Source: Cirrosporium novae-zelandiae (taxonomy: Eukaryota). From it: 64,000 nt of DNA. Made by a program: the position numbers and the translations under genes. The notes under the pieces were generated by a model, which made no database searches, had not been told where the DNA came from, and saw nothing but the letters and a program-made list of their open reading frames with translations. Within the stretch, counting starts at the first letter, position 1. Each line of letters starts with the position of its first letter. This document shows positions 39,505 through 54,500 of the stretch, piece by piece. Where the stretch lies: the NCBI GenBank assembly GCA_026023565.1, contig JAPETS010000011.1:372001-436000 (forward strand), in the 5' to 3' direction.

Positions 39505-41784
39505 ATGCCACCTTCAAAGCGTCGAGGTGGAAGACAGAGGGAGCGTCGGCGTACCCCCAATGTGGCTGCAACGCCATCCCGTCCTGCTCCCAAGAGAAGA
39601 AAGGTATGCCATCGCTATTCCCCACACCAACCTGCGCACACTGGCCATTTTAAAGCGATACGGATGATATACTGATCACCCAACTTCAAGACTAATGCCG
39701 GTGCGGCTTCTCCGCAAACGTCACAATCCCCCGCTACCCTTCCGGATACGAATGCGCCGATAGCAGTTTCGGAAGATGAGGACGCACAAAATGGAGTCGA
39801 TCAATTTGACCTTGCTACAATTATTGAAAACCTCGATACATCAAAAGATGCCATCAAGGCAGCCGAGGAGTGTGCCAACATAATCGCCGAACGCGAGCAA
39901 TCGGCTGGGATTGAAGCTTATGCGAGGATCGCCGGGAGGGATTGGTCTTATTATGTCAAGACCTTGCATATAACCATTGGCCGTCCTGCAGAACCTCGGA
40001 GTCTGTCCGAATCCAGTTTACCGTCGAGTCCTCCAGAACCTTTTGATCCTAGCGATGCAGTCAACATTGATCTCGGGCCCAGTAAACATATTTCCAGACT
40101 CCATGCCGAGATCTTTTATGATGCGCAAGGAGACACGAAATGGCATATCCTAGTACGCGGACGAAATGGGGTCAAAATCAATAACCTAATTCAGTTGAAA
40201 AGGGGGGATGGTGCTATCCTGCACAGCGGAGATGTATTCGAGATTGCTGGCACACAGATGATGTTTATCACTCCAGAAGATAAACTCAACGTGCATGAAG
40301 AGATCCGGAGACAGACAGAGATGAAGGCACTTGACGAAGATGATCTTCCCACACTACCTCGGTCACATGCCCACCCGTCGTCCTTTCCGTTACAAAGGCC
40401 AGACTCATCACATTCTGCTACCACACACGAAGAGTTTCGAGAGCTCCCTGAACCAAGGCCAAGTTCTAAGCGACAGACTACCCCTAAACCTACAGCACCA
40501 GTACCACCGTCATCAACTCGAGTCAAACCTTCGCCTTCATACAAGTCGCTTACGATGAAATCGAATGAGAATATTGACTACAGCGCAGAATCAGCAAAAG
40601 ACTTTAAGCCTCCCCAAAGTTATGCACTGCTGATCGCTGATGCAATTCTTTCGAGTCCTGGCGAAGCTCTTACGCTAAACAAGATCTACGACTTTATCAT
40701 GGTCAATTTCTCATTTTATAGATTCCACCAAGGAGGCTGGCAGGTGAGCATATCTTGAGCCCGGGTATTTAGCTTGAGGCTGACCTAATCGCTAGAATTC
40801 TATTCGTCATAACTTATCCTTGAACAAAGCCTTTGAAAAGGTACCTCGTCAAACAAATGAGCCAGGAAAAGGAATGAAATGGCGTATTATCCCGGAGTCA
40901 CGTGAAGATTTGGTCACAAAGTTGTCTGAGAAAAAAGCGATGATCCCAACTTCTTCTTGTCCAATCTCACCAGCTCTAAAAGAGGCCCTATCCAAGAATG
41001 AGGTTTCGCTGCCGTCAGTCAGCACCACCTCAGCCAATGGTCTCTTCGCCACCGCAAATCGGCCAAATCGTTCTACTACTCCACCTTTAACATCCTATCC
41101 GGTAGCCCCAAAGGAGGCGTACACGCCAGATCGAGGTCCTCAACTACCACCCCCCGGACCAAATGGGGTCCTTCCACATAGTCTTCCGACATTTGAAGAC
41201 AGCTCTCCCCTACCTCGATCCAGCAGACCATTCGGCTTAACCACCACGGCCGCTGCAGGTTCCCCTCCCACCCTATCTTCGTCATACTATGAAGGATCCC
41301 AAAACCTCATGACCCCCGTACCTCAACGCTCTCGTCTCAATCTTGCGGCACCCCCAAGTACAAATAATCTCCCATCCAAATTTCTTACACTGACGAGTTC
41401 ACCGGCTCCGTTCTGGAGATATTTGGATTCGGGGACGCCGGCCAAGCCAGCTGGAGATGTGAGTCCGAGCAAGAGTGGGGGCTTAGGTGAGGGTATCGTG
41501 TTGCCAAGTAGTAGTCCGCCGCCACCAATGAGACACCGTAGTGCTGGGGAAGGGAGTCCAGTTCCTGCTAAGGGGAGAGATACGGATGAAGAGGGAGAGA
41601 AGGACAAGGAGGATGCAGAAGATGAAGATGGATTTGGTGGGATTGATCTTACTAGGTAACCATTTCTTTCGCTAGTATCGACACTAAAGTGAGACTTTTC
41701 ATACTAACGCCTGAAATTAGGGGCTTTCAAACCATCAGTGCTTTCCACAAGCAGCTGAACACAAAGAGTAGTGATAGTTCCTGA
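39505..41784 (+). CDS. FKH1/2: Forkhead transcription factor with FHA domain (Fkh1/Fkh2/Sep1-like); exons 39505..39603, 39691..40743, 40796..41655, 41721..41784
   Basis: FHA region [25 protein letters not shown]...[16 protein letters not shown]...GRNGVKIN; forkhead [14 protein letters not shown]...[10 protein letters not shown]...[33 protein letters not shown]; tail TSSPAPFW and IDLTR|GFQTI. Confidence 0.9.
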
Positions 41785-43017
41785 GATTTCATTGTGCAAT
41801 CATTCTGGAACTCTACATTTACCCATTTTATCCCTTCCTATCTCATTTCAATTCCAATTCCGACATCTCATCCTCCAAAATTGAACAAATCAAATAATCC
41901 CCAGCACATTATCCCTTGACATGAAAAGATATTGATTACCTCGCAAAATCAAGTCAATTCAACTTATTCTTTTATTTCCCTTTCTCGTTAATCGGTGCCA
42001 CCCTAAATCCATAGATATGGATATGGATAACGGCCCCACTTGCACCACAACCATCCCCTGTTTAGAAAAAGATATGATGAGATGAGGCAGGAATCAAAAA
42101 CATTAATGCTCATGGATCACGGATCACGGTGAATGGTGAATGGTGAACGGCTCATGAGTATTTAATATTCTATTAGGATTTGCTGGTGTACTCTGCTATA
42201 TGGACGGGACAGGAAACCCTTTTTTATATGATTTCCTGTTTTTCATGTCCTTGTTTGATATGGGCCGTTTTTTTCTTCGGTTGGCATGGCGTTTTTTCTT
42301 CGTTGGCCGGCGTGTGAGTGATTTTAATAGTGTCAAAAAAAGGGTTATTTCTTGTCCATGATGACCTGGCATGGGAATGGGAATGGGTATGAGATGACGT
42401 AGTGCGCGACACGGCATGGTATGGGGTCAATTGAAGCGTTTAAAAAAATTCCAAAATTCCCAAATGCATTTTTTTTAAATGTTATGGTGTTCGGAACTTC
42501 TTCACTTGGGAGTTTTGCGTACGGCCTTGTTTGTGTATCTAGGTAGGTGGGTTAGGTCGTTAAACAACAGTACTACCAAACAAATAAATTTATTATTTGT
42601 AAGATTGACTTTTCTTTTCGTCCCTTGGTATAAAAAGAAGGATGTTTGTTAGAAATCCAAGCTAAACCAACACTTCTTACTCTTCCCTAATTACCTAGCT
42701 AACTAACGAGGCTAAAAGGGGGACGTTGGGGGGATATATAGATATCCGTTAATTACTTGAGGTTGGGTATATATACCTAAAGTGTTATTGTAATGTTGGG
42801 ATATATAAACCCCGCTGAGGGGGTTGGCAAGTAGGACTAGTCGACAGAAAAAGGTGGACTCACAAATTGTTCTTCCTAGTTAGTGACCTCACAAAATAAT
42901 GTAATTAGTATATATATAAGAATTGAACCACAACACAATAATAAAATAATTATAAATTATCTAGGGAATCAAATTTGTCGAGTCTGTCTTTTTTCTGTCG
43001 ACGGTTTGGGGAGGGTG

Positions 43018-43729
43018 TCTTTAGTTAGAAGCGTCATTTTCCTCTATGAGTCTCAGTTTGTTCACAAGAATATTAGGCCAGAAACTATCATCTTTCTTGA
43101 CGATGAGTCGAAGAAAGACAGTCTTGGTAAACCATTCCTTATCGGGTTTGAAGAATTAAGAGCAGATGATGCGAATACTGCTTTGGTAGGGACTGACGTA
43201 CGCCATCGAAATTTGTATCGCCGTCCACAGAGACAGGGTCTAGAACCGCAAGAGAGATACAACGTCCAGCATGATATTTATAGCCTAGGGGTCTGCCTAT
43301 TAGAAATAGGGCTTTGGACGTCCTTTGTCAGCTATTCTAACAATGATTCCGAACTGATTATTATTATTATTTTAGTACCAAACCAAAACCGAATCTCAAG
43401 CACGATTTCGAGAACAAAAAAAAGCCAACCAAGCTAAAAAACCTACCTCGTGGAGCTAGCGGAACAATCACTCCCGAGTAGGATGGGCGAAATATATACC
43501 AATGTCGTAGTCTCATGTCTCACATGTCTAGACAGTGACAGTGAGACCTTTAGTGATCTTCGAGAGTTCACCGATGAGGATGGAATCATTGTGGGTGTCC
43601 GTTACATTGAGAAGGTGAGAATTTTTAGCACAAAACCCAAGCTGTGCTGTCGTGCCAACGACCATAGCTATTTCAGAAAAGCTAATAATTTCCTAGATCC
43701 TACAGGTAATCGATCAGATAGTTGTATAA
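43018..43729 (+). pseudogene. Decayed C-terminal fragment of a fungal kinase-like protein (family often annotated as het-s/HeLo-domain protein)
   Basis: FVHKNIRPETI, PFLIGFE, NLYRRPQRQG, QHDIYSLGVCLLEIGLW, LPSRMGEIYTNVVVSCLTCLD, DEDGIIVGVRYIEK, then intron 43615..43696 and ILQVIDQIVV*. In-frame TAA at 43435-43437; upstream sequence is AT-rich with no N-terminal half. Confidence 0.75.
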
Positions 43730-44625
43730 AGCGATCGGAAATTATTTATAAGGGGGACAGCACCTACATTCAATCAGGCAGTGTGTGATAAGGATAAACT
43801 ATCCGGTTAATTAATAGGGTATATTTAGGTGTAATAATTAGTAATAAGGATAATAATATATAAAGTTCGTATAACAAAACACACACACACACACAACAAA
43901 ATAATAATAATCGTATATAGTAGAGCCAGAGAAGCCTACATACATACATATTCAAGATAAAGATAGTAGAAGTTGTGGTTTCTTACAAAGGGTTATAATT
44001 ATTGAAGTTCCGGCACATTCCGTGCCAAGACTACTTACATGTAGTGGTATAAAAAATGACATAACTTTCATAATTGGAATTAAATTCGATTCTTTATATA
44101 AAATGATACTGAGTAGCAGAAATTAAGATCGAATTAAACGTACAGGTAATGCAATACAATAGGGGACAGTTGAGTAAGTAAAGTAAGTGAGTACTAAAAA
44201 AAAAAAAAAAAACATACACACACGCATATCTTTTTCTAATTCAAGCTACTACTTAATTATAAAATTTCAATTTTCCGTTTTCAATTCAAACAATAAATAA
44301 ATGAATGGGCAAGTAAGATAAATATGGCAAAATAAAGTAAAGTAAGTACAACACATTGATATTTATAGTTATTAACTGGTTGATTGATTGGTCGATCAAA
44401 ATAGAGAAAACAGAAACGAGAAAGAAAAAATATTCATCTTAACCTGAATCGTAACGATGTGGACAGCAAAAATGAAAATAATCATCAACTTGAACCCGAA
44501 TTCGTGATCGTGATTCTAATCCCGTATTCCGTAATTATCCCATACCTACAAAAACGAAAAAAAAAAACAAGCAAGAAAGAAAAAACAAGAAACATGCTGA
44601 TCCCCCTCCTCCTCCCCCTCCCCCA

Positions 44626-45498
44626 TCACTCACTCTCCCCACCCTCCCCACCCTCCACAACCAACCCCCCCAAAACCTCCCCAACAAACCGAACGATTCT
44701 CTCTGCGCCTTCTAGTCCCCCCACCATCACCACATCTCCAAAAACCCCAACATCCAATCCTCCATTTCTAATCGCTGCTTCGATGTCGAGATGAGATCTG
44801 TAGGGTCGTAGTGTCGGTGTCGGTGTGTGGGGAGGGGGGGTTGGGATATCCGTCTTTATTGTGCGTGTGAAGGCTCTCCTGAACGTGGATGTGGATGCGG
44901 AAGTGGGTGAAATCACCACCGCGTCCTCGCCCTCATTATCATTGTCATTGTTATTATCAGCACCAGGAACGCTCAACCAATTAGCCCAAACATCAGCCCC
45001 ATCCCCATCCCCAAAAATCTCATCTAACCTACACCACACGTTTCCCGGTTTGGAGATTTCCCTGATATCTTTCTGGATTTGATGGGCGGATTGTAGGATA
45101 TTTTTATTATTATAGTAGTGGAGTGGTGGAGAGGAGAGCTCAAGGGTTATTTTCAGAGGTAAGAGGGAGACGGTTGGGTAGGGGGCGGTTTCTATGGATG
45201 TGAGGGTTGGGGTTGGGGGCGTGCGGTTTGCGAGGTAGATTCCTAAGGTTAGGGTGGTGGCGTTGAGTGGTTCTGTGGAGGAGGGGGTTGAGGAGTAGAG
45301 AAGGGAGGCGTGTACGTGTGCGTAGGCGGCTAGGAAGATCGAGTGTATGCTTAGTCCTTTTTCTCTGGCAAGCTTTTCGAGGAGGGGGAGGGTTGGAAAG
45401 ATGTTTGTTCGGAAGAGTTCGACGCGTTTGGTTTCGGTTTCTCGGTGTTGTTGGGAAGTTGGGAAGTTGGATGTGGGTGCTCGTGATGGTTGGTTGTT

Positions 45499-45529
<31 letters not shown>

Positions 45530-48500
45530 CTGTTGTTGTTGTTGGGACCCGAGGGATTGAGGTATGAGGACCAGAACTGATGTCTTTTTGAAGCCGAGGA
45601 GGCGCTGATACTGTGGGCGATAAAGGTTTTGAAATCGGGGGCTGCGGATGAAAAGGTCGTGGTGGGGTCTTTGATTAGAGCTGCGAGGTGGTTGATTAGG
45701 ATGGGAAGGCTGACGGCGTCGTAGAGGGCGTGGTGAATGTGAAGGGTTAGGTCAATTTTTCCGGTGGAAGGAGAATTGGAGGCGAGGAGGGTGACTGGTG
45801 GAGATGAGAGGGAGGGGTTCTGTATATGCGAGCCGGAATTATTCCAGATTATAGGATTGTCGGTGGCGCGAAGGATGAGTTGGATGAATGGGGTGCGTGG
45901 AGCTCCAGAGTATGCAAAGGTTGTCCGGAGTATTGGCATTTGCGTGATGAGGGTTCTCCATGCGAGGTTAAGTTGTTCACAGGTAATGTTTTCGGAGATT
46001 GTGTAGTGAAATTTTGGGTAGAATAATCGTCCTCTGGAGTTGTACCACACTGAAAGGAAATAAACTTGTCCAGGTGTTGCAGGCAAAATCGTTTCGATAT
46101 CTTGAGCCTTGAGACCTGCGTTGGCAAGAATTCCATTAATATCAGCATGCTCTAGCTCCTGGGTCAATATGCTTTCGACGTCAATTGCAACGTCGTCACT
46201 TCCATCAGACTCCTGATGCTGAACAACTTGCGCCATGTTCGGGATGGTAGCAGCACGCAGCATATCACTGACACTAAGCCTGATATTTTGTCCTCGTAAC
46301 AGAGACGAAACTTTGATGGCACTGATGGAATCTAAGCCTAGATGGAATAACGTCATGTCTTTGGAAACTGCCGATTCGGGGACTTTGGAGACTGAGGAGA
46401 GGACACGTCTAATGTCTTGTTCGAGTGGTGACCACACATGTTCGATAGAAGTGCTTGCTGAGACTGTCGTGCTTGAGCTTTCGTGTGGCTCGATTGGTGA
46501 AAGGAACGGCGTGAGACCGCAGATTGATACACCTTCAGATACAAAATCTACTACCGAGAGATCAGGGGAGCCCAGAACTTCGCCCATAACAAAGTCAAGA
46601 CGGTCTAGCAAGGCACTTGTTTCCATCTCATTCATAACCATCCCTTTGCAGGCAGTTCTCAAAACCAAACCTTCACCATCTATCTCCATTTCGACACAGA
46701 CAGGATATTCAACATCAGATGAACCGCCAACAGATTCATATAAAAATCCTGATTCTGCTGATAGCTGATTGGGCTTCTTCTGATAAATGAATAATGTATC
46801 AAAGAGTGCTTGACCATCGAGATTTGCAAAGGCTTTAGCTTTTCGTAGAGGAAAGTGTTGGTGTTCGATGATGTTCGATATGTTTTCTTGCATGTAATGG
46901 AGCATTTCCTTCCTTGTGCCATGGATGACGGAGCGAGCAGGAATTGTATTCATCGTGGGAAACATCACTTCCTCCGATTCTTCCGTATCTCGACCAGAGA
47001 GCACGACTCCAAAGACAACATCAAACTGTTTGAGGTAAAATGCTAAAAGCAGAGCCCAGCATGTCTGACCTAGGGCTTGTAGGGAAATGCCCTGGAATTT
47101 ACAGAAATTTTGGATTCTCAGTAGGCTAACTGATGTGTGTCGCTCTTTACGGAAAATAGTTGCTGATCCTTCTTTTGCCGACTCTAGGCAAGGAAATGAT
47201 GCGCCGCCAACTCCTTCTAAAGTGCCCCTCCAAAAAGCTGCAGCATTTTCGCCCGTTGCATGGAATATGTGGGCGAGCATATCTCTATAATGGAGACGTG
47301 GGTGATAGTGTCGATGGTACGCCCTTTGAATGTCTTCGTGGAGAAGTGAGAGTGAAAATCCATCGTACAGGGAGTGTGATATAGAAAGTAGTAGAAACCT
47401 CTCGCTAGGGCCGATAATAAACGTCCATTGAAGTGGCACTACATTTTTATCGGAAGAAATCCTCTGTCGAATTTCTTCCACAAGAGTTTGCATTTCACAT
47501 TCATGCGAATTTTTTGTTGAAACACAGGTGGGGCTCACGACTTTATGAACCGTTTGAGCAAAAGTCACGGCGATTTCAGGATCATCAACTTGAGTAAAAG
47601 ACGTTCTAAGGATAGGCGATTGCTGCATAACTTCTTGAATAGCGCTCCTAAGTTGATCTATGTCAACCTCTGGTGATAACTTTAACACATCGTGATTAAA
47701 ATATCGTGTGAAATTTGATGCGTGCATTTCCGCAATCATGGCCTCTTGAAGTGGAGTTGCAGGAAGAATGTCTTCAAAGGCTTCTTTATCGGTAACATAT
47801 CTCTCCAATTCCTGTACAATTTCCCCTAAAGCTTCAACTTCTTTGGAAGTATTGTCTTTTCCTGGCTGTCCGCTAACTTGCTCGCTCATCTTTGCAATCG
47901 TTAGTGTTCGCATAATTGTACTGACGGCTATTTGAATTTCTTTGCGTCTTAGACGCGATGATAGTTTGATGGCGTCTATACTGTCAAGCCCGAGTTCTAG
48001 GATCGAAGTACTTTCATCGAACGCATCTTTGTCTACTTCTGCCAAGGCCGCTATTTCATCACGGATTTGATATGCCTGCGGGTTCCATTTGAAAAGATGA
48101 GATGAGCCATTAGTTTGGACGGGGTTATGTTCGTGATGCAAAACGCCATTGGCCATTGAGATTTCGGCTGTCAATTCCCAGTCAGGGGATATCGGTATCT
48201 CCTTTTCAGGGGTTGCTATTATCTGATCCAATATTTCTTCAAACCTATCTAACAATTTCAGGTTTGTTATATCATCAGATATGGTTGTTTGGGAGACAAT
48301 AGTTAGCTGAAGACTTCCATCAAATTGATGTTGAGCTTCAAAGGATAAAGGATAGTCTGCCTTGGAAGTTGACTGAATAGGAGTCCAAATCAGTTTCTTC
48401 TCTCGGCTAGTGTCTTCCGATTCTCGTTGGTAGACGAAAAGAGATTCAAAAAGTGCTTGGTCTGGACTTTTCCTACACCACTTGGTTATATCCCGAAGCG

Positions 48501-51500
48501 GTGTATGTTGGTAAGGAATTGCAAAAGCATTGAAATCATGATATCGCTGGGCAAGTGTAGACCAGGTATCTCCTTGCTGAAGTTTTGGCTGGAAGGGAAT
48601 CGTATTAAATAGTGGACCAATAATCTCATCAACTCCGTTTACATCAAAAGATCTTCCTGACACGATTGTACCGAGGGTTAGTAGTTGATGAGTGACCTCT
48701 AGCAGAACATAAACCCAGCATGCCTGAACTAGTGCCTGTTGAGTTACTTTGAACGATCTTCGTACAGACTCAAAGTTCTTGACCTTGGAAGCATCGATTA
48801 TACGGACAGCAGTACTATTTCCGGGTTTAGGCTCTTTCGACAGTACAGGAAAGTGGGTGCTATTGACCAAGGAAAGATGTTTTGTCCAGAAATCCTTAGC
48901 TCCAGGTGCCTGACAAAGGGGACCTTGGGGTAGTATGTCATAGAAAGATGGAGGTGGGTTGGGTGTTCTACCATGATAAACCGCTGAAACCCTATCTAAT
49001 AGAAGAGGAAGACTATTTCCGTCATACAGGGCATGGAAAATATGTAAACACATGATAATGCGTCCTGGTGACTTGATAACAACAATTTGCCAGGGTGGAA
49101 TGCCTAGATCACGGTTTTCAGTGACCCACGTTTTGTACAGTTCTTGCTGCTTAGACTCGATTTCCGCTTCTTGGTTAACCTTAATTACTTTCCAGGGCAA
49201 ACCAATATTCTTCATCAAAACTTGAGAATAACCTTCTGATGTAGTCTGAAAACCCGTCCTCAACATTTGGACTGATTGCAAACTCTCCGTCCATGCGTAA
49301 CGAAGTCGACCGAGGTTTGCTTGAGAAGAAAGTTCAAAGTAGAAAGCGGAAAAGTATAGAGGTTCATCACTCGCCAAGGATCTGTATATTATACCTTCTT
49401 GAAGAGGCGTGCAGGGAGCGATATTTTCAATTGCTTCAAGCGAGCAATGCAACCCCTTGCTGATAGAAAAGCGATGCTGATGTACAAATGCTCGAATCCG
49501 TTGTTGTGCGTCCTGTATTAGTCTTATCTTAGTAGTGCCTTGACTTATGGAATCGCTCAAAGCGCTCGCGAGTCCAGATATTATGGGATTTGCCATGACC
49601 AAAGAGCTTTGAGCACCAGGAAAGCCAGCTTCTCGTAGTTTACGGGAGAATCCAATGACAGAGATAGAGTCCAGACCCAATTCAAAGATACTTGAGCTGC
49701 TATCCATCTGGTCTGGAGATAAACTGGTAAATTCTTCTAATATTTCCATGATTCTTTTCTCCTCTTTAGAGATACTACCAGACGACATAGGCTCCCTGGC
49801 TGTCAATTGTCGAAGATCCTCCAATCCTAAATTATCAAAGATATTCTTGAGTTGTTTTGCGTCGGCTTTGTTATTTGGATTTAGTGGGATCGAGCTAATT
49901 GGGAGGAGATATGTTGGTACCATGTAGGGCGGTAATTTCATTTGACACGCCTTTCGAATAGTAGATACCACTTTTCCTTGATCAAAATTTAGGTGACTTT
50001 CGGACGGGTGTTTTTTGTTCTGCAGCCTTGCAGAAATAAACGAAACAATCTGTTCATTGTTTTGTTTGGGGTGCTTCAAAACAAGCGTTGAAACCTCGTT
50101 TATTTCATTTGTACTCTGTCGAATGACTTCGTTGATCTCACCAATCTCAAGTCGTTGGCCTCGAAGCTTCACCTGATCATCTGCTCGTCCAAGAAAGTCA
50201 AAACACCCATCATGCAGGATTCGAACAAGATCTCCGGTTCGATATATTCTTTCTGAGTATGTCTCCAGAAAAGGAAATTTTTCATCTGTGAGGTCTGGAC
50301 GGTTAAGATAACCTTTGCCGACTAGCTTCCCAGAGACACAGAGCTCACCAACTCCACCTCGGAGGACAGGTGAGGTGGCATTGGGTTTAAACACAAACGA
50401 CCCCACATTATCAAATTGAGGCCCAATATTTGAAGGCCTACCGTTCCGTGGAACCCGAGGATACATTGTGACACCGATTGTAGCTTCTGTGGGGCCGTAT
50501 CCATTATAGATGACAGCCTTTTCTCCCCATGCATCCAGAATTTCTTGCTTGAGCTGCTCACCTCCAGTGATGAAAACCCCCTTGCATAGTGTCGGCACAT
50601 CATCGGGATGTAATAATCTTGCCAAACTCGGCGTAAGGTCGATATGAGTAATTTGAAGGTCCCGGATTGTCCCAGCCAAATCCTCGAATATCAAATCTCG
50701 AGGGGCAGAAGTGACGCATATCCCGACACTCCAGCTCCAATATTGTTCAAGAACACTCACATCAAAGTGGAAGGAGGCAAATTGTAACCAGCGTGACTCG
50801 ATATCCCAATGCCCTTTAAATAGTCTTTGGAAAGCTAGCATTGCTTGTATTGCATTCTCATGAGTTATCTCGCAGCCTTTGGGCGTTCCTGTTGTGCCAG
50901 AGGTGTAGAGACAGTAGCATACGTCATGCTTCTCGATAGGACGATCTAGTTTCGGTGGGCTGGTGGAAAAATCTCCGACGTTCTCTTCATCAAGAGCAAG
51001 AACAGGAATAGAAATTAGCGAATTAAGCTCATCCTTGAATTCATTGACAGTCAGCATTAGTTTGGCACAAGAGTCTTCAACGATAAATCCTTTTCTGGCT
51101 GATGGAGCTAATGGGTCTATTGCCACGTAGGCGCAACCAGCTTTGAGAGCTCCAAGGATACTAAAGTAAACCTCGGGGCATTTTTGGAAACAAATTGCTA
51201 TCAAGTTGCCAGTATTTGCTCCCCGAGCTTTCAACAAATGGGCAATCTGATTTCCTCGGGCATCGAACTCACAGTACGTCCATTGATCTTTGACAACAGG
51301 TCCATCATGCAACCTTGTTGCAAATTCTAATGCAAGATGATTAGGGTTTTTACTAGCCTGGAGCTCGACAAATTGGTGCAATAGGCCAACCGAGGATGGA
51401 AGCTCTGAGAATTGGGGTGGCGTAATTGAAACTAGGGCGCCGTCGAGTCTCTCCATGTCGTTAGATTGGGTTTCCGCGTGGAATATACTGTCTATCAACA

Positions 51501-54500
51501 GCGCATCAAGTTGTTCAAGCATAATTTCGGCCTGTTCTTTGGGAAGAATATCCTGTTCAAAGGTAACTCGGAATCGTAGTTGATTATCCAGAGGTTCTAA
51601 TTCTATAGAAATAGGGTAATCAGCCGTAGCCTCTTCATCAACGATCGACCAAAGAGTTCCGTGGGACTGTCGATTAGGGAGTCGTTGATAAGCGAATAAA
51701 GTGTCAAATAGTTTTTGTCCTTCATGACCACTCCATCTTTGTATATCTACAAGAGGGGTAAATTGATGTTTTGTAAACAGAGGACTCATGTTCGTGAGGT
51801 CTTTTAGAAGATCCTTATTCGAGCTATTGACCGAGCAGCTGACCGGAGTTGTTGTTATGCATGGAAAGACAACCGAATCCCCGCCGTCAAATAATGTTCG
51901 TCCGGAAAGCACTTGACCAAAGGTAACAGTTGTCTCACCTGTGTAGGCGGAGAGAAGGCGAGCGCATGCAGCTTGACCTGCAGCATATACAGTAACCCCC
52001 AGGTTTCTACATCCATTCTCTATCTCTTCGGTTGTTTTCCGACACTCCCTCCATACAGACATGAAGGTCTTATCGTCAGACCTCAAAGGCGTCATGGTGG
52101 GGAATTTATTGAGAGGCATATTCATTCCAAGTTTCTGCCAAAACTCTTTTGAAGCTTCAGTCTTACCACTACTTTCGACCAGAATGTTACCAAGAACGGG
52201 ATCAATGGGAAGGGCATCGTCAGTAGGCTGGCCATTGTATATTTTAGTCACGTCGGAGAGAATAATATCCAAGGAATGGGCATCGTAGAGAGCATGGTGA
52301 GCAGAGAACTGAAGGAGGCAGTGATTTTGGGTCGCGGCAATCGTCAAGCACCAGGCGGGTTTGTAGAAGTGTGATTGTACGTTTGAAGATATTATTTTCT
52401 GTTTATCCTGGAGAACTTTAATGGGGTTTTGTACAAGGCCGTGATCAATCCATGGAAGTACAAAAATGTTTGCTGGATAGGTAACCATCACAAAAGGATA
52501 TTGAGTATCATTAACCTCCGCAAATCCAGTCCTCAAAATATCAAATTTTAGCATTACTTGATCCCATGCCAATCTCAATCTATCCATGTCCAAGCTTGAT
52601 TCAAATTCCATAATGACATGGTTGAAATATGCTGTCCCGTTCGAGTGTATGTATTGTGCAATCATACCTGCTTGAATCGGTGTGCATGGACGAATGGCTT
52701 GAACTGCAGAGGAGTTTAGGCCGAGCCGAGAACAAAGTGATGACCGATGGCGACGGTCAAATGTAGCAAAGCCGAAGGAATTATATGTGGCCGGTCCTGG
52801 GGCTGAGGTATTCTTGAGGACAGTTGCAAGTTCGTTGATAACAGGGAACTCTAGGACATCCGAGACCGATAAGTTGAAGCCCTGCTGCCGGAGTTGCGCA
52901 GCTACTTGAACTGCGCTTATGCTGTCAAGTCCCAGTTGATATATTGATGTTTGGGGGGTAATATGACTCTCGTCGACCTTGGAAAGTACCGATAGAACAT
53001 GGCGAATTTCGGTTCCGTGTCTCGTCCACTCTACTTGATCAGTTTCAATTTTTCTACTCATACCGAAGACTTCATCCGTCCCGTCGAGTTCAACTACATC
53101 TCTTACAAATAATGGAGTTTCCCCAATGAATTCGCAATCCATTGTTCTTGCCGCGGGGTATTGGAGGATATCGTGTAGTGCAGTTTCAAAATGATGCAAA
53201 ATGAGTCGTGCATCGCTCTCTGAGACAAAGAGTTCTTGGTAGTGCAAAGCCAATTCTAACCTGTCTTCATTGTTATTAGGAACTACTTCACAGACAAGTG
53301 GTAATCCCATATCCCCAGATTCCTTTTCTAAGAACCAAATGTCTGTGTTGAGTTCTTTGGGGCTTTGCTGTAGTAATAAAAGGGAATTAAAAAGAGGAGC
53401 ATTATATTTGCGATGTTTAGCTTGAATTCGTCGTAATGGGGTCATCTGGAAGGGAAGTGTATCAGTGTAGGTTTCTTGCAGCTTCCTGACCAATTCTAAA
53501 TTGCTCATCGTTTGCGCAATTTGCGCTCTAATCGGTAGAGTATTGAAGCATGGGCCAATGATTCTCTCGACGTCATTTAAAGGTATGGTACGACCACTGA
53601 AAACATTCCCAAAACATACATCATCCTGATGGGTATATGCCGAGAGAAGTTTGGCCCAAGCCGTCTGAACAAGACTGAGAAGGGATATGGAAAGAAGCCG
53701 GCCTTGCTTTTCAAACCAATGAAGAGGCGAGGTGGCTGATATTCTCAGGCTTCTTTCCATCGGACTTGACTTTTTAGAGACTTGTCCTTGTTGGTATGAG
53801 AATAGAGGTACAGCACGAAATCCTTCGAGTTGCTTATCCCAAAACTTATCAGCATCGGTTAAGTTCAAACTGACCATATACTCCAGAAATATTTCAAATG
53901 GGACCGCATAAGGTAAGGGATGGTTTAGATATAATTGTTCTACCTCTCCTAGGGCGTTGGATATAGCCTCTCCATCATACAAAGCATGATGCATGGAAAG
54001 TAGAAGTGATACTTGGTCATTGGAGACAAATACTGTCAATGCATAAGGGGGTTGGAACTGCGGCAGCTGGTTCATCAATGTAGCCTTTCTATTTTTAATA
54101 GCTTCATCTAAATTAGTAAAAGAAATCTCCGATGTTGTCCATGGGAGTTCATGGCTCTTAAGAACAACTTGGGCAAAAGCATATCTCGGGTGGTCAGTGG
54201 TGGTAAATGAAGTTCGAAAAATCTCATGCCGTTGAACCATTGATTTCCAAGCCTCTTTCAAACTTGTGACATCCCCATTTACCCGAAATAACATGTCATT
54301 GAAATACGATTGGTCGTGAAAGGAGTCAGAACTGGAAAGCATGGCTTCCTGCAAGGGCGTACAAGGCAAGATTTTATCAACACTAGTCCCCGACTTCTCA
54401 TATAAGGGTTTGATACGCTCCTCAAATTCGAGTCCAAAGATAGACGTCGCAATATGATTGCTTTCTCGGTTTTCGCCATTAGTGCGGACCGTAGTTGAGA

